A stretch of DNA of 64,000 nt from the human T2T-CHM13v2.0 reference genome, Homo sapiens. Positions 11,946-24,632 of this stretch are shown piece after piece. Both the position numbers and the translations under genes were made by a program. Location: NCBI RefSeq assembly GCF_009914755.1, contig NC_060925.1; one strand, given 5' to 3'. Position 1 is the first letter of the stretch. Each line of letters starts with the position of its first letter. Below the pieces are notes generated by a model that saw only the letters and a list, made by a program, of their open reading frames with translations, searched no databases and was not told the DNA's origin.

Positions 11946-14900
11946 GTGAGTGCCGGGCCGCGGGGGCGCGGGCAAAGTTTGAAAAAAAAAGAAGAAAGAA
12001 AGAGAGAGAAAAAAAGAAATGGAAAAGGAGGAAAATCATGCAAGGGGCCAGGGGGTGCCCGACCCCAGAGCGAGCGGGGTGGCTTATGGGGGAAGGGGGG
12101 CTGGACTCCGGGCAACCCCCTTCCGGTCCGCTTCCCCACTGCACAGCGGAGTACCCCCCCCAACTTTGGGGAGGGGAAGGGGCTCGTGGGGAGGGGGCGG
12201 AGCCCAGGCCTGGAGAGCCGGGGACTTTCCTGGGCCCGGGCGGGGGCCTTAATGATCCCAGGGGAGCCGGTTGAAGCCGGAGACGGGGAGCTTGTGTTGG
12301 AGGTGGGGGGAGAGGCGTGGAAGGATCGGAGTCTGGAGGTATTGGAAGCCAAGGGTGTTTTGGGGTGCATACACCCCTCAGGAGCGTGGGGAGGGACGGA
12401 GGCAGGTATGCGTTAAGGGTGTAGAGTGGAGTCAGGGGGGCGGGTTGGGCAGAGTAGATAGGGTGTATGTACAGACCGAGGATGGGGCTGGAGGCGGTAG
12501 ACTGTGTATAGGGGCCGAGGGGACAGGCGCTGGCATCCCTCTCCCCACTCATATTTACCCATCTGGGGGACTGTGGGCTCTGCGTTAGTGAGTTTTGAAG
12601 GGTTGGTGGAGGATCCGTGTGCATGATTCTTTGTTTTGGTGTGTGTGCACGCCTTGACGTGCTGCATGTTCCTGCAGGTGGGCCCCTGGTTTGGATGTGT
12701 AGGTGTTTTTCTGTGCTTGAGTGTGTGTGCACCCAGGGAGCGGCTGACCATGCATCTGCTGTGTGTTTGGATATGTGTTTATATGTATACTTAGGGGAGG
12801 GCGTGTATGTCTATGTGTGTGTACTGGGAGAGGGGTTCACGGGAAAGAGGTGTGTAGGTACTGAGGAAGGTGGGTGTGTAAGAGCAGAATGGAGTGTATG
12901 TGGATAGGTGTGTGTGCACCTGTGTACTGGGAAGGGGTGTGAATCTGTGTTCTCTTGTGTGTAACCTGTGTTGATGGGTATCAATGTGTGTGCCTGCCTT
13001 AGCTGGTATGTATGTTTCTGAGTGTGTGTCGGGGGTACCTCTAGACTCTGCAGGCAGATTTTCCTGGCAAAAATCCCGAAAAGAAGGCTGTCTGCAGGAT
13101 TTTGAGACTTCGTGGATGGCCTCGCCTGGGTTTAGGGGTAGTACCTTAAGTATCTGAGACCTATGGGTGGGAGGGAATGAGTTGTCTTATGAAGTGCCTG
13201 TTTTTGGGGGATGGGTTTTTCTGGAAGAGGGCGTGTGTTGTGGGGAATAGGGAACAAGGGGTCTGGTTGTAGTCCTAGAGGAATTTGGAAGATTGGCGGG
13301 GTCAGGGAGAAGAATAAGAGGAACTTCCTCCCCCATCGTCATAGGCTGGGTTCCAGCGCTTGGAGAAGCTACACTCTTGGATTCCCAGCCTTAGGTAAAA
13401 GCTTCAGGCCACAGTTCTCTTGGAAAGCCGTCTCAGAGTTTGCTGCTTCATAGCCTTCTAACTCTGCCCTGACTCTAAGATCCTAAAGTTCCTGAGGAGT
13501 CTTGAGATTTTGGTGTGGGATGGAAACAAGAGGAGGAAGCATGTCTGGAGGGTTGAGACCTGGTGGGGAACAGCTTGGGTTCCCTGCCCATGGGGTTGAG
13601 AAGGTGGCATAGGGTGTTTCTTCAGCAGCTTTTGCAAGTGAGTCTGTGTGGTTTATCAGACCAAAAAGTTTCCCTTTTCCCTGGTGTCAAGCATGATTGA
13701 GATGGAGCTGTGGGTGTGGGGCCAGGGCTGAGTGTCTGTGTGTCGGGAAAGGGCCAGGTACCCATTGCAGGCTATACTGCTATACTCATCATCATGATAG
13801 TGTGGTGGGAAGTCAGTGACTATCCAGGAAGTGAATGTCTCTTTCCACCAAGAAGCCACAGCTCCCTTCTCTCCCTGTCCTCTCTCATCCTTTCTCTTTT
13901 GGGGTATAGGAAAGGGGTTGCTCACCTCCTTCTTTAGGATACTAGCCTTCCCCCATTGCACACTCTTTTTGCTGCCAGTGGCTGGGTTGAGGCACCCAGT
14001 TTTAAGAGCTGAGGTGAGATTGTACATACCCATTATGGTCTCTGGGCAATTGCAATTGGAATGTTAGAGTCTCTAATGGGCATGTGCAATTGGAATGTTC
14101 CCTCTTTAGTCCTCAGGGCTCCCTACCCTCCCTAAGGCCTGGAGATAAGAGTAGTAGGGGTTAGAAAATGTTTGAACGAGGAACGGGGAACGGGGCAGAG
14201 TAGGAAAAGACCTTTAAAAGACCTTTTTTTTTTTTTAATGGATCATTCCCCCAAACCCAACACCTGTCTGATAGTTAGGGCTCCCAGGGCTAGTAAGGCA
14301 CTTGCATCTAAGATGGTGTGCCCTGGCCCTCTGGGGTCCCTTGTTTGCTCTGTATACGCTGATCACATGCATGATATATTATGCTGGTGGGGGCTCTCTT
14401 CCAAAGAGGAGGAATTGTGGTCAGATAATAGGAAATGCCATTTCTGAAAGTACTTCCAGATTGGGAGTCAGTGGCCACGTTGGCCCCTCCTCACCCATTG
14501 TCTTGCTCCTGACTTCTATTTCCTCTAATTCTTCCGGGGCAGGCCTCTCTGGTGTGTTTGCCTCTCCTCCTGATCCTTTTAGATCTGAGGAAATATCCCC
14601 CCTTCCCTGGCCCTAGAGCAGGACAGTTTTTTATCTGCTCATCTGGTTTCCAGGTCCTTCCAGTTAATGGGGAGGGAACTTGACTAACAGAAGCTTTGGC
14701 AGGGAAAAGGAAGAGATCTGATCCCCTCTGAGTTTTAGGGAACTCCAGTCTTCTCCTTCCCTCAAGTGTTCATCACATTGTGAGGCCAGAGAAAGGAGTC
14801 AGAGTTGGTTGGAATTAGTACTTAACAGTGGTGTGATCTGGGCAAGTAATAAACCCCATTCCCCAGCCTCTTAGGTGTCTTAAGGCACATCCTCCAAGCC

Positions 14901-15479
14901 TAGACTGAGCCCTTCCACAAGGAATCCCTGGTCCCCCACCAAGTGGCTTTCTTCCCTGGTTTGCTTTTAAATTCTGGCTTTGCCACTGTCTAATTCCGTG
15001 ACATCAGACAAAACTGGTAACTTTTTGAAGCCTCACCTGTAAAATGGAATTAATAATAGGCCCTACTTCTTGGGGTTATGAGGATTAAATGAAATAATAG
15101 AGAAAGCACGTTGCACAGTTCCTGGCACATAGTAAATGTTAGCTGGATGGTTCGGATTCTGAGGGATAATCATCATTAAGGGAGAGAGGTCGGAGTCGGG
15201 ATAGGAGAACTAGGCTTTGGTTCTGATCTTCCTTTGGCCGACCACATTAGGCACTCTCTCCTATCTGCCAGGCACAGTGTGAAGCACAGGGGATGGAGGG
15301 GCAAATAAGATGTTTTCCCAGGGGAGACATGTGAAAACATGTTGATTCACTGCAGCCCAGTGAGTGCTGTGTGGAGGTGTGTTCAGGAGGCCACTGGAGC
15401 ATAGAGGAAGAGTGCTTGGCCCTGGGGTGAGGTGCCAGGGAAGGTTCCTGCAGGAGATGCCCTGTTAGCTGGATTTTAA

Positions 15480-15860
15480 AAAAATTAAGGTGAAATTCAC
15501 ATAATAGGAAATAAACCATTTTAAAGTGAACAGTGGCATTTAGTACATTCACAGTGCTGTGCAACAACCACCTCTGTCTAGTCCCCAAACATTTGCACCA
15601 TCCCGAAACAAAACCCATACCCATTACACAATTGTCGCCATTTCCCCTTACCCCAGCCCCTGGCAACCACCAATTTGCATCCTGTCTCTATGGATGTACC
15701 TATTCTGGATATTTCATACAAATGGAATGATAGAATGCATGACCTTTTGAATCTGGCTTCCTTCGCTTAACATAATGTTTTCCAGGTTAATCCACACGGT
15801 AGCATGTAGCATGTATTAGTACTTCATTCCCTTTTATAGCTGAATATTATTCCCTTGTGT
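15480..15860 (-). mobile_element. L1MB/ME 3' end fragment
   Basis: ccccagcccctggcaaccacc...ctgtctctatggat...tatttcatacaaatggaat. Confidence 0.8.
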
Positions 15861-17688
15861 GGACAGACTTTACCTGGTTAAAGGATGAGTTAGGCCAACA
15901 GGAAGGGTCTTAGGATGGCACTCCTGGTGGAGGCTGAGCGTGAGCAAGAAGGCACACAGGGTATTTGGTAGTCCTGTACCTTGCAGTATGAAGTGGGGAT
16001 TTGGCCTCAGTTTCTCTGTCTATAAAACAAAGTTAATCATCCCTTTCCTGCTTGTGCTATGGGCTTGGTAGAGTTGGAGGTATTAGGGGAGAAGAGAGGC
16101 TAGGGTATTATTGCCTCTTCTCAGGGTCTGGGCTGGGGATGGGACTTTTAAAACTTGCTCTTTCCTCCTCTTTCCTGGGCAGCTCACTCCTGTATGCATC
16201 AACCCTCATCCTTGTGGGGAGCCATCTCCCTGTTCACTTGACATCAGCTTCCCCTCTCTCTGAATTGACCTGAAATTTTCCCTTTTACCTTCCACAGGTG
16301 GGTAACCCTGTGCATGATGAGATTTTGGCAGCAGAGGTGAAGGAAAGGCCTGGGACTAAGTCCTACTCACATTCTACCCTACGGCGGCCCTCCCCTTCTT
16401 TATCCTGTCTCTTGGTGATGTGGCTTGGGCAGCCCTCTCTCACCTTCTCTGTTGTAGTCTGGATAGAACTGTGGTGGGCCAGGGAGAATGTTTGCATTCC
16501 TTGTCTCTACCCTGCTTGGTACAGAGTAGGAGGCAGAGGCCCTTTATGGTGGGGCCCTTTGGAAATGAGGTTTTGCTGTGCTTTGTCGGATGCCCCTGGC
16601 AAGATTGGTAATTATAGACATAACAGCTGGGAACTGGTTTGAGAGAAGCAGGCTTGGAATCAGCAGACCTGAGGATATCCTGGTAATCAGGGTGGGGCAG
16701 GGAGAGGGGAGAGTGGGATGAAGCTGGGGGCTGGGTAGGGTGGGAGGCTTGGGGCCTCCTTCCCCTGCCGCTCCACACACAGCTGGGCTTAGAGCCTAGA
16801 GGAGAGTGGGAGGTGATTGGAACCCAGGTCTGCTTTACTGTAAGTGAGGAAGGAGGAAGGAGAGGAGGAAAGGTGGGGGATCCAAGGGCCTCTGAAGAAA
16901 GAAGCAGAGAGGAGGAAGAGGCATGTTGGTTGCTCTCTCAGGCAGTACCTGGATGTGGTCTAATTTAGAACAGGGACAACCCTGCACCTAGAGGTGGTTC
17001 CATCTTATTTTGGGGTGTTTCTCCTTACAGTGAGGTTATGGGAGCAGGAAGTGGAGGGGATTCGCTGTGGACCCACTAAAGGAGAAAAGGTGGGAACTAA
17101 CATTTTTTTAAGCATCTATTGTGTGCCAGAATCTGTAATATTCTGCATACATTATTTTGCTGAAAACTCTTAACCTTCTGAAGTAGGCACTATTATTGCC
17201 ATTTTATAGATAAGGAAACTGAAGTTTGGAAAAGGGGAGCGACTCACCTGAGATTACATAGCTCGTAAAAGGCTGTGCCAGGTCTGACTTCAGTGCTCTT
17301 CCTTTTCCCAAAGTCTCTTCACCTTCCCCTACTGTCATTCCAGTTCGGTCTGATTGCTCATTATTGCCTTTAATCTTGCACTTGAGTAATTCCCCTGTTT
17401 TCTGAAAAGCAAACATGAGTCCAGTGTCAGCCTGAGGAGTAGAGAAGCCTACCCTTGAGGGTGGGAGTCAGAGAACGATCTCATCTCCAGGAGGAGCACC
17501 TTGGTGTCATAAGCCTGGGGCGGGGCCAGCATCTGGGCAGAAACCTCTCCTGGGGTGGGTCTCTTTCTCCTTGCTGGGCCATGATTTTGGATGGGGGTTG
17601 GGGTAAAGGAGTGACTGTAGGCTCCGGCCACCATGGCCCGTGGGGTCTTGTTTGTGAATGGGAGGAGCCTGGTCCTTATTGTCTGTAG

Positions 17689-18125
<437 letters not shown>

Positions 18126-21100
18126 TAAGTAGGGTTTAGATAGGAACAGGTGCTGAGCCCGAAGTGTGAATGCAGTCACTTAAAAAACAACAGACTGTGA
18201 ACAAAAACATGCATTTTGACACCTGCTTTACTTCAGGAATGGAGGTGGCAGATATAAGGGATGGGAGAGTTGAGAATTTTCAGCAAAGAGTGAGAATCTC
18301 AGGTAGGGGGGTGGTCGCGATGGTGGAGGCCGGCTGGTACTTGGGCCTTTCAGCTGGATCTGGTTTTCTAGATAAGAACTGGCCAAGTTGCCAGATCCAA
18401 GGCATTGGGCTGAGGCAACAGGAGGTTCTCAGGATGGGGATACCCAGCCCTGCCACCCTCATCCCCAGTCACACTGCATCTCACACCCTGAGGCCCACTC
18501 TACCACTTTCCTACAATCCAGCCTTTGCTGACAGTGCCCCCATATGTTCTTCCCTCACACTCCATCCTCACAGCTCAACTCTCCCCATCCACAGCAAGCC
18601 CGAGGTTGGCTAACTTCCCCTTCCCAACTAGCTGCTTTTCACATCTTTGCACCCCAGGGCAGGGGCTGGGTGAGCAGGCTTTGAAGGTCTTTTGGGGCCA
18701 GGGACAGTTGGGGCCTACCTCGAGCAGCAGGCTAGGAAGAGGGGGGCATTTGTTTTTGGAGTGTACAGGACACTCACTGACTTACGGGTCAGCACAACTC
18801 ACCCACCTCCCATTGTCCACCCTCTCCCTGAAGACACCTCAAGCTGCCTGCTTTCCTTCTTGGTTCTTCCACAGCTCACCTGGTGGGCAGGTACGGGCCA
18901 GTTCTCTGCCTAGGCCAAGGGAGGAAGCAGCTCAAAGCCTGGTGGTGGAAATTGTGGGGCCTGCCTGTTGGTAAAAATTAAATGGAGAATCCAGAAGCCC
19001 TGGTTGCCTTCCCACCAGCTTAGTGTCCCGTCTTCCCGCCGGCCCCCACCTGGGACAGATGCCAGGGGCATTACTCACCTTTTCTCCTGCAGCCTTTCCA
19101 CCCCCAGTGTTCTCTTCAAGACGGACTAGGAATGGGTCTGGGGAAGGCTAGGGAATGGGGTGCTATGGGACATGAATGTGCACACGTGTCTGCTTTTGTG
19201 TGCTGTGTTGGGGGGCAGGTACCTTCTGGGAGCTGGGATGGGGGTGGGGGTGCCAGAGAGACAGCGGAGCAGGTCTCTACAGAACCTGCCTAGCCAGGGT
19301 GGGTGGAGCTGGGTGGGGCAGGCAGGAGTGATTCCAGGTTTCAGAGGGGGAACAGAGTGTGGGTGTGTATGCGTATGGGTGGGTATTTTGGTGTGTTTGC
19401 GGATTTAGAGGTCCTCGGCCTCACCCCCAGCCTTAGACTGAGGGAAATTCAGGACGTAGGTGGAGAGGGGCTTGGCTCTGGCTTCCCCAACTGCTTTTGA
19501 GGTAGAATGCAAGCTCAGGTATCCTGGCCAGGAGCCCAGTCTGTGGGCCCTTCCCCTGCGGTGCACCCTGCACTGGGGTCTGCTGGTGAGAAGCTGCTCT
19601 GGAAGCCTAGATGCCTGGATGACACAAGCATGGCCAGGATCCCACCCCTCCTCTGCCACTCAGCCCAGTGAGGAGAAGGATCCTGCCCCCACCCTGGGGC
19701 TATGAGGATGGTGAGCTCATCTCTGGGGCTGTCCTGGGAGAATGCCTGGTTAACAGGGCGGGGGTGGGGCACCTGGTGCCAGCTCCTGGGCTCCCTGCTC
19801 TGCCCTTCCCACCCCTCAGCCCACCAAGATACAGCTGTTCTCTCTGGCCTCCTGGGCAGCACTGTCACCCAAGGACAGCCTTTTTCAGGGTTTAGGAATG
19901 AGGGTCAGGGCAAAATCTTCATCCTATTTTTGGTCCAGGGCTGGAGCTGGTCCTTGCCCACTCTGTACCTTAGTCTTTTCGGTGATAGCAAAAGCCCAGC
20001 CTCTCTGGATGGGTGGCTTGCCCATAGCCCAAGGCTGGATGGGGATGAAGGAACATCAAGGTTCTTAGTTGTGGTAGATGGATGGGTGCAGGAACCACCC
20101 CTTTTGGGGATAGAGGCTCTTTGGTTCTGGCTGTCTTAGCTGAGGCCTGTCTAGTCTCTGTCTCTTTGTCCCTGGTGAGAAGAGGGGGCAGGACGGAGTC
20201 AGCAAATCCTCTCCTGTCGTGGCCCTCTTGCAGTTGTGGCTACTCAAGGAACCAGTGTCCAGAGCAGTCTCATGGAGAAACCTGGTCTCACTCCAAGAGG
20301 AGCACTCCTCAAAGTCAGTGTTACTACGATTTTCCAACAATTAGAGGAGGCCAGAAATGGGCTGCCGTAGAAGTAGTGGCCATGGGCTAGTCACCTTCTC
20401 TCTCTGGGTCCCACTTTTTTATTTGTAAAATTTGAGGTTGTCCCTCTAAGGCCCCTTTCAGCTTGGTGCTGGGAACTGCTGAGAAGAGGGTGGTTCAGCC
20501 AGCTGTGTCCTCCTGAAGGGAAAAGGGAAAGGGAAAGGGAAAGGGGAAGGGGTGTCAGGGGAATGATATGGGCATAGTCAGAGGTTCAGGTACCTTCCTT
20601 CCGTCTGTGGAAGCTGTGTTGGATGTCTGCATTTTCAACCCACACCCATCAACTTCAGCCCCCCACCAGGGCCTGACAGCGCTGCCTGGGTTGAGCACAT
20701 CTGTGAAACTCAGGGGAGGTGTGTGACAAGGAGGAAAACCAAGCAAGGCTCTGAAGTGCGACAGCTGTGTCTCGAGTCTCTGCTCTGCCTTGCACTGGCC
20801 TTAGGCCTTGGTGAGGTACTCTGACTGTACTCTGAGCTAGCACGGAGAGCTAGCTCCTGGGATCCTGGGCTGGGAGGTTGGACCCTGGGCTTAGTTCTTG
20901 CCACCTCCATGGCTGAAGGTGGGCTTCCAGCACTTTGAGTGGAACTTATATTGATATCCTTGGACCTTGGCACTATGGATGGTGATGATTAGGGAGCCAG
21001 GCAGCTAGGGGGTGCCCACATGCATACCCCTGCCCACGGGCTGCAGTGGGAAAGGGGTGCAAGGCATATGCAGGAAGACCCAGGCTCCTGAGTAGGAATC

Positions 21101-21750
21101 GGAGACCTTTAGTGGGCAGGGGCCCACAGACGACTCTTCAGGCAGGTTCTGAAGCAGTAATCACACCCATTTCCCTGTGTTCAGGCAGAACCACCCTTCC
21201 CTAGTCCCTGACTACGGAGAGAAAAATGGTCCTATCAGAGATCTCTGCCCCTGTCTGAGGAGAACTTGAGGCTTCTTGTCCTCTTTCCCATCGTCTTCCC
21301 GTCTGGCTGGAAGTCTTTTAAAAATCAAACCCAAGCACCCTTCTCAGCTGCTTCCAGCCCTGTCCTCGGTGGAGATGAGGAACACTAGGTGCCCTTTTTA
21401 GGTACATGTTTTGCTCTGTCCCTGCCCCCCTTTTCTTCCGTGGCCTACTCACCCTGGTTTCCACAGCTCTTTCTCCCAGCCCCGTCTGCATCTATGCTCT
21501 GTCTCATTACCTCACCCCAGGCCTAAAGTAGCCGGGACTGGGCTGCGGGGTGGGCCCGGGCTAGAGCAGTGGCAGGAGGTGGCGTCTGGAGCTGCCTGCG
21601 TCTGGTCATCGGCCCCCAGCACGCGCCACACATGGGGGTGCTGGCGTTTGTGTTCAACGCCTTGCCCACTTGAGCCGCCTCCTTTGAGTGGGAAATGGGA
21701 AAGGGTTGGTCCGCCCTGGTCTGTGTTTTGGCCAACACCCACCCCCCTTA

Positions 21751-21791
21751 TACACACACACACACACACACACACGCACGCACGCACGCAC
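21751..21791. repeat. (CA)n(CGCA)n microsatellite
   Basis: Directly visible. Confidence 0.95.
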
Positions 21792-23881
21792 TACTCTAGG
21801 GCCCTGCTCCCTCTGCCTGTTGCCAGGTTCTGAGTGTATTTTTTCCAGAGGCCTCCAATTGTTTCCTGAAGAAACCTGATCCCAGAGCTCAGACAAAAGC
21901 TGGGGCCGCCAGAGGAGAAACCCCATTCTCTCCTCCTCTGTCCCTATTGCCCCCACCTCCATAACCTCCCTCCCTTTGGATGCTGGGTATGGGTTCCAGG
22001 ACCCGGCTGCCATCACCTAGGCAACAGGGGGCTTTTGTTGCCATGGTGATCAATGTGGGAGAAGCTGGGCAGCAGGGACAAAAGCCCCCACATTCCCCCC
22101 TGCCAAGCTCCCCCCCAATCCCCTTGGGATGATACTGAGACACATTCCATTAATTTTATTTCTGAAAGGCCTTTGGAGGGGAGAAGGGTCTCCTTTTTGT
22201 AACAGGCTCTCTCTTCTCTCCCTCTCTCCTCCCTGGCCTCATTTTAACCCCAGATAATCCATGGTTGGTTTGAGCAGGGGACTGAGTGTGTGTGTTTGTG
22301 TCTTGGGAAGTGGGGGGCAAGGTGAAAGGCAGTGGGGCACATTCCTTTTCTATAGCCTCCCCCTTCCCCAGACTAGGGCAGCTCCCTGTCCTGCACCAAG
22401 TCCGGACTTCCCTCCCTGTCTCGTCATCCCTCTTGACGTTTCCACTTGTTGATCTCATCCAGCCATCCCCTCCCCCCATCTCTTCCCTGGGAACGCTGCC
22501 CACCCAGGGGACCCTCCAAACCCCTGATCCCTGAGACTGATTAAATAAGGGGAACTTCTGCCCTTCTCTTTACTCCCCTCTCCTCCCTCCTCCCAGGCCC
22601 CCCAGCAGCAGTGCTTGGATTAGTTCCCTGGTGTACTTGAAGACACAGCAGGCAAGGGTCTCAGAAGTCGGGTTCATTTTTGGCACCTGTGTTTGGTAGG
22701 GAGGAGACAAGCGTGTTTTGGTGCTTTTTGGGCACTCTGACTTGGGTTGGCAGGCCAGGGGAGCAGGATTCATGTTGAGTCTTTAGTAAGTAGCAGGGGA
22801 GGAAGATAGGGGGCACTAGGCTGGGCAGCTCAGAACAAAAGGGGACTGGTACCCTTGTCTGGTTTGAAATTTATCTGTAGGGGAAATGAAATGGCATCAG
22901 TTTACCTTCTGGGTGTGTTTGAAGTGGTGGTTCTGGTTGGTGTGTGTGTGTGTGTGTATGTGTGAGACTTCTTTATTTAGTTGTACTAACAGCAGGGTTT
23001 ATTTATACCACCTCTTTCCCTAGTCTCAGAGGAAGTGTCTGAGGATTGGAGTATGAGTGATCCTGGAGCTAAAACTTGTTAATTGCTTAACTAATTACTA
23101 GCTGAACCATTTATAAAAGCACTTCTTTCACCCTCGTGATCCTTACGGCTACCCCATGAAAAGGCATCATTGTCTTCACTATTTTACTAATGAGCTTACC
23201 AGGCTACAAGCACAGAGGTGTTAAGTAACTTGCACATAGTCACACAGCTAGTCAGTGGAAGAGTTAGGTTTTGAACTCAGATCTTTGAGTGCACATCTCT
23301 GGCTCTTCTGGCTGTTGGCTTTGGCAGATGATGGGTATACAGGAGGATGAGGAGATGGACAGCCTGGGATCTAGTGTGTGTGTCTAGACTCTAGTCCGTG
23401 GCAGTTGTTTACTTCTCCACCCCCTTCTCTACCCCCATGTCACTCTGTGACCCACTCGTTGCCTTTGAGCCTCCTAGCAAAATTCAGTTTTTATGAAGAA
23501 GACTAGAAAGAATAGGCTGGAACCACAAGAGAAATGCAGGTCAGATGTCTAAACTATAAGGAGGAGTAGGCCAGTAGAATGGGTCCTCAGGAGAGTGGGT
23601 AGATGAGCCCAACATATATTTTTCAGGTAGGGGGATAAATAAGGGTCATTTTTGCTGCAAAGTTTTTTGGAAAGGCTTATGGTTGGGTTAAGGTATTATG
23701 TCCCTGTCCTCTAAGTGTGTCCTTATCACGCACGTGCTTTGACATGGGGATACTGACAAATATAACTAATCCTATGGAGGATTGCCTCCATTGAACTCTG
23801 TTAAGAAGATGAATGAATAGATTTCACATGCTTTCATCTCCCTACAGTCATTATAGTTTCCCTGAGAGCCAGAGAGGCATA

Positions 23882-24206
23882 CAGTCATGGATGTTTTGGT
23901 CAACGATGGACCACATATATGATGGTGGTCCCATAAAATTATACTATTGTATTTTTACTGTACTTTTTCTATGTTTAGGTACACAAGTACTTACCATTGT
24001 GTTACAGTTGGCTACAGTGTTCAGTACAGTAACATGCTGTACAGGTTTGTAGCCTGGGAGCAATAGGCTATACCATAAGGCCTATGTGTGTAGTAGGCTA
24101 TACCGTCAAGGTTTGTGTAGGTACATTCTATGATGTTCCCAGGATGCAGCTGCCTAATGACACATTTCTCAGAAAGTATCCCTGTGGTTAAGCGAGGCAT
24201 GACTAT
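23882..24206 (-). mobile_element. Tigger3/MER7-type TcMar DNA transposon
   Basis: Ends cagtcatg...catgact; internal agcaataggctataccata. Confidence 0.8.
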
Positions 24207-24360
24207 GTTCATTTACTAGGTTGGTATCAGTTCCTTGCTCTGTGCCCATGGGAGGCGAGATGGATATAAATATGTATCAATCATATTGCTTATTCTCAAA
24301 TTACTGATGGTTTAGAGTAGTTGGAGTAAAGGTAATTATACAAAGCAAATCCATTTTAGG

Positions 24361-24632
24361 TTTTTTTTTTTTTTGAGACGGAGTCTCGTTCTGTCGCCCA
24401 GGCTGGAGTGTAGTGGCATGATCTCGGCTCACTGCAACCTCCACCTCCCAGGTTCAAGCAGTTCTCTGCCTCAGCCTCCTAAGTAGCTGGGATTACAGGC
24501 ACCTGCCACCATGCTTTTTAGTAGAGACGGGGTTTCATCATCTTGGCCAGGCTGGTCTTGAACTCCTGACCTCGTGATCCACCCGCCTTGGCCTCCTAAA
24601 GTGCTGGGATTACAGGCTGGGATTACCCGGCC
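24361..24632 (-). mobile_element. AluS with internal deletion
   Basis: Alu consensus lacking part of the linker. Confidence 0.9.

Larger units (their letters stand above)
11330..12330. promoter_or_regulatory. CpG island / VANGL2 promoter with GC boxes and a C-rich tract (11586-11640)
   Basis: High GC and CpG density; CCCCGCCCC and CCCTCCGCCCC SP/KLF-type motifs; no TATA box seen. Confidence 0.9.

Noticed and set aside
11216-12732. Long ORFs (384, 305, 234 and 221 aa) over the promoter
   Set aside because: Low-complexity Pro/Gly/Arg-rich ORFs expected in a stop-poor CpG island; they overlap in several frames and show no recognisable domain.
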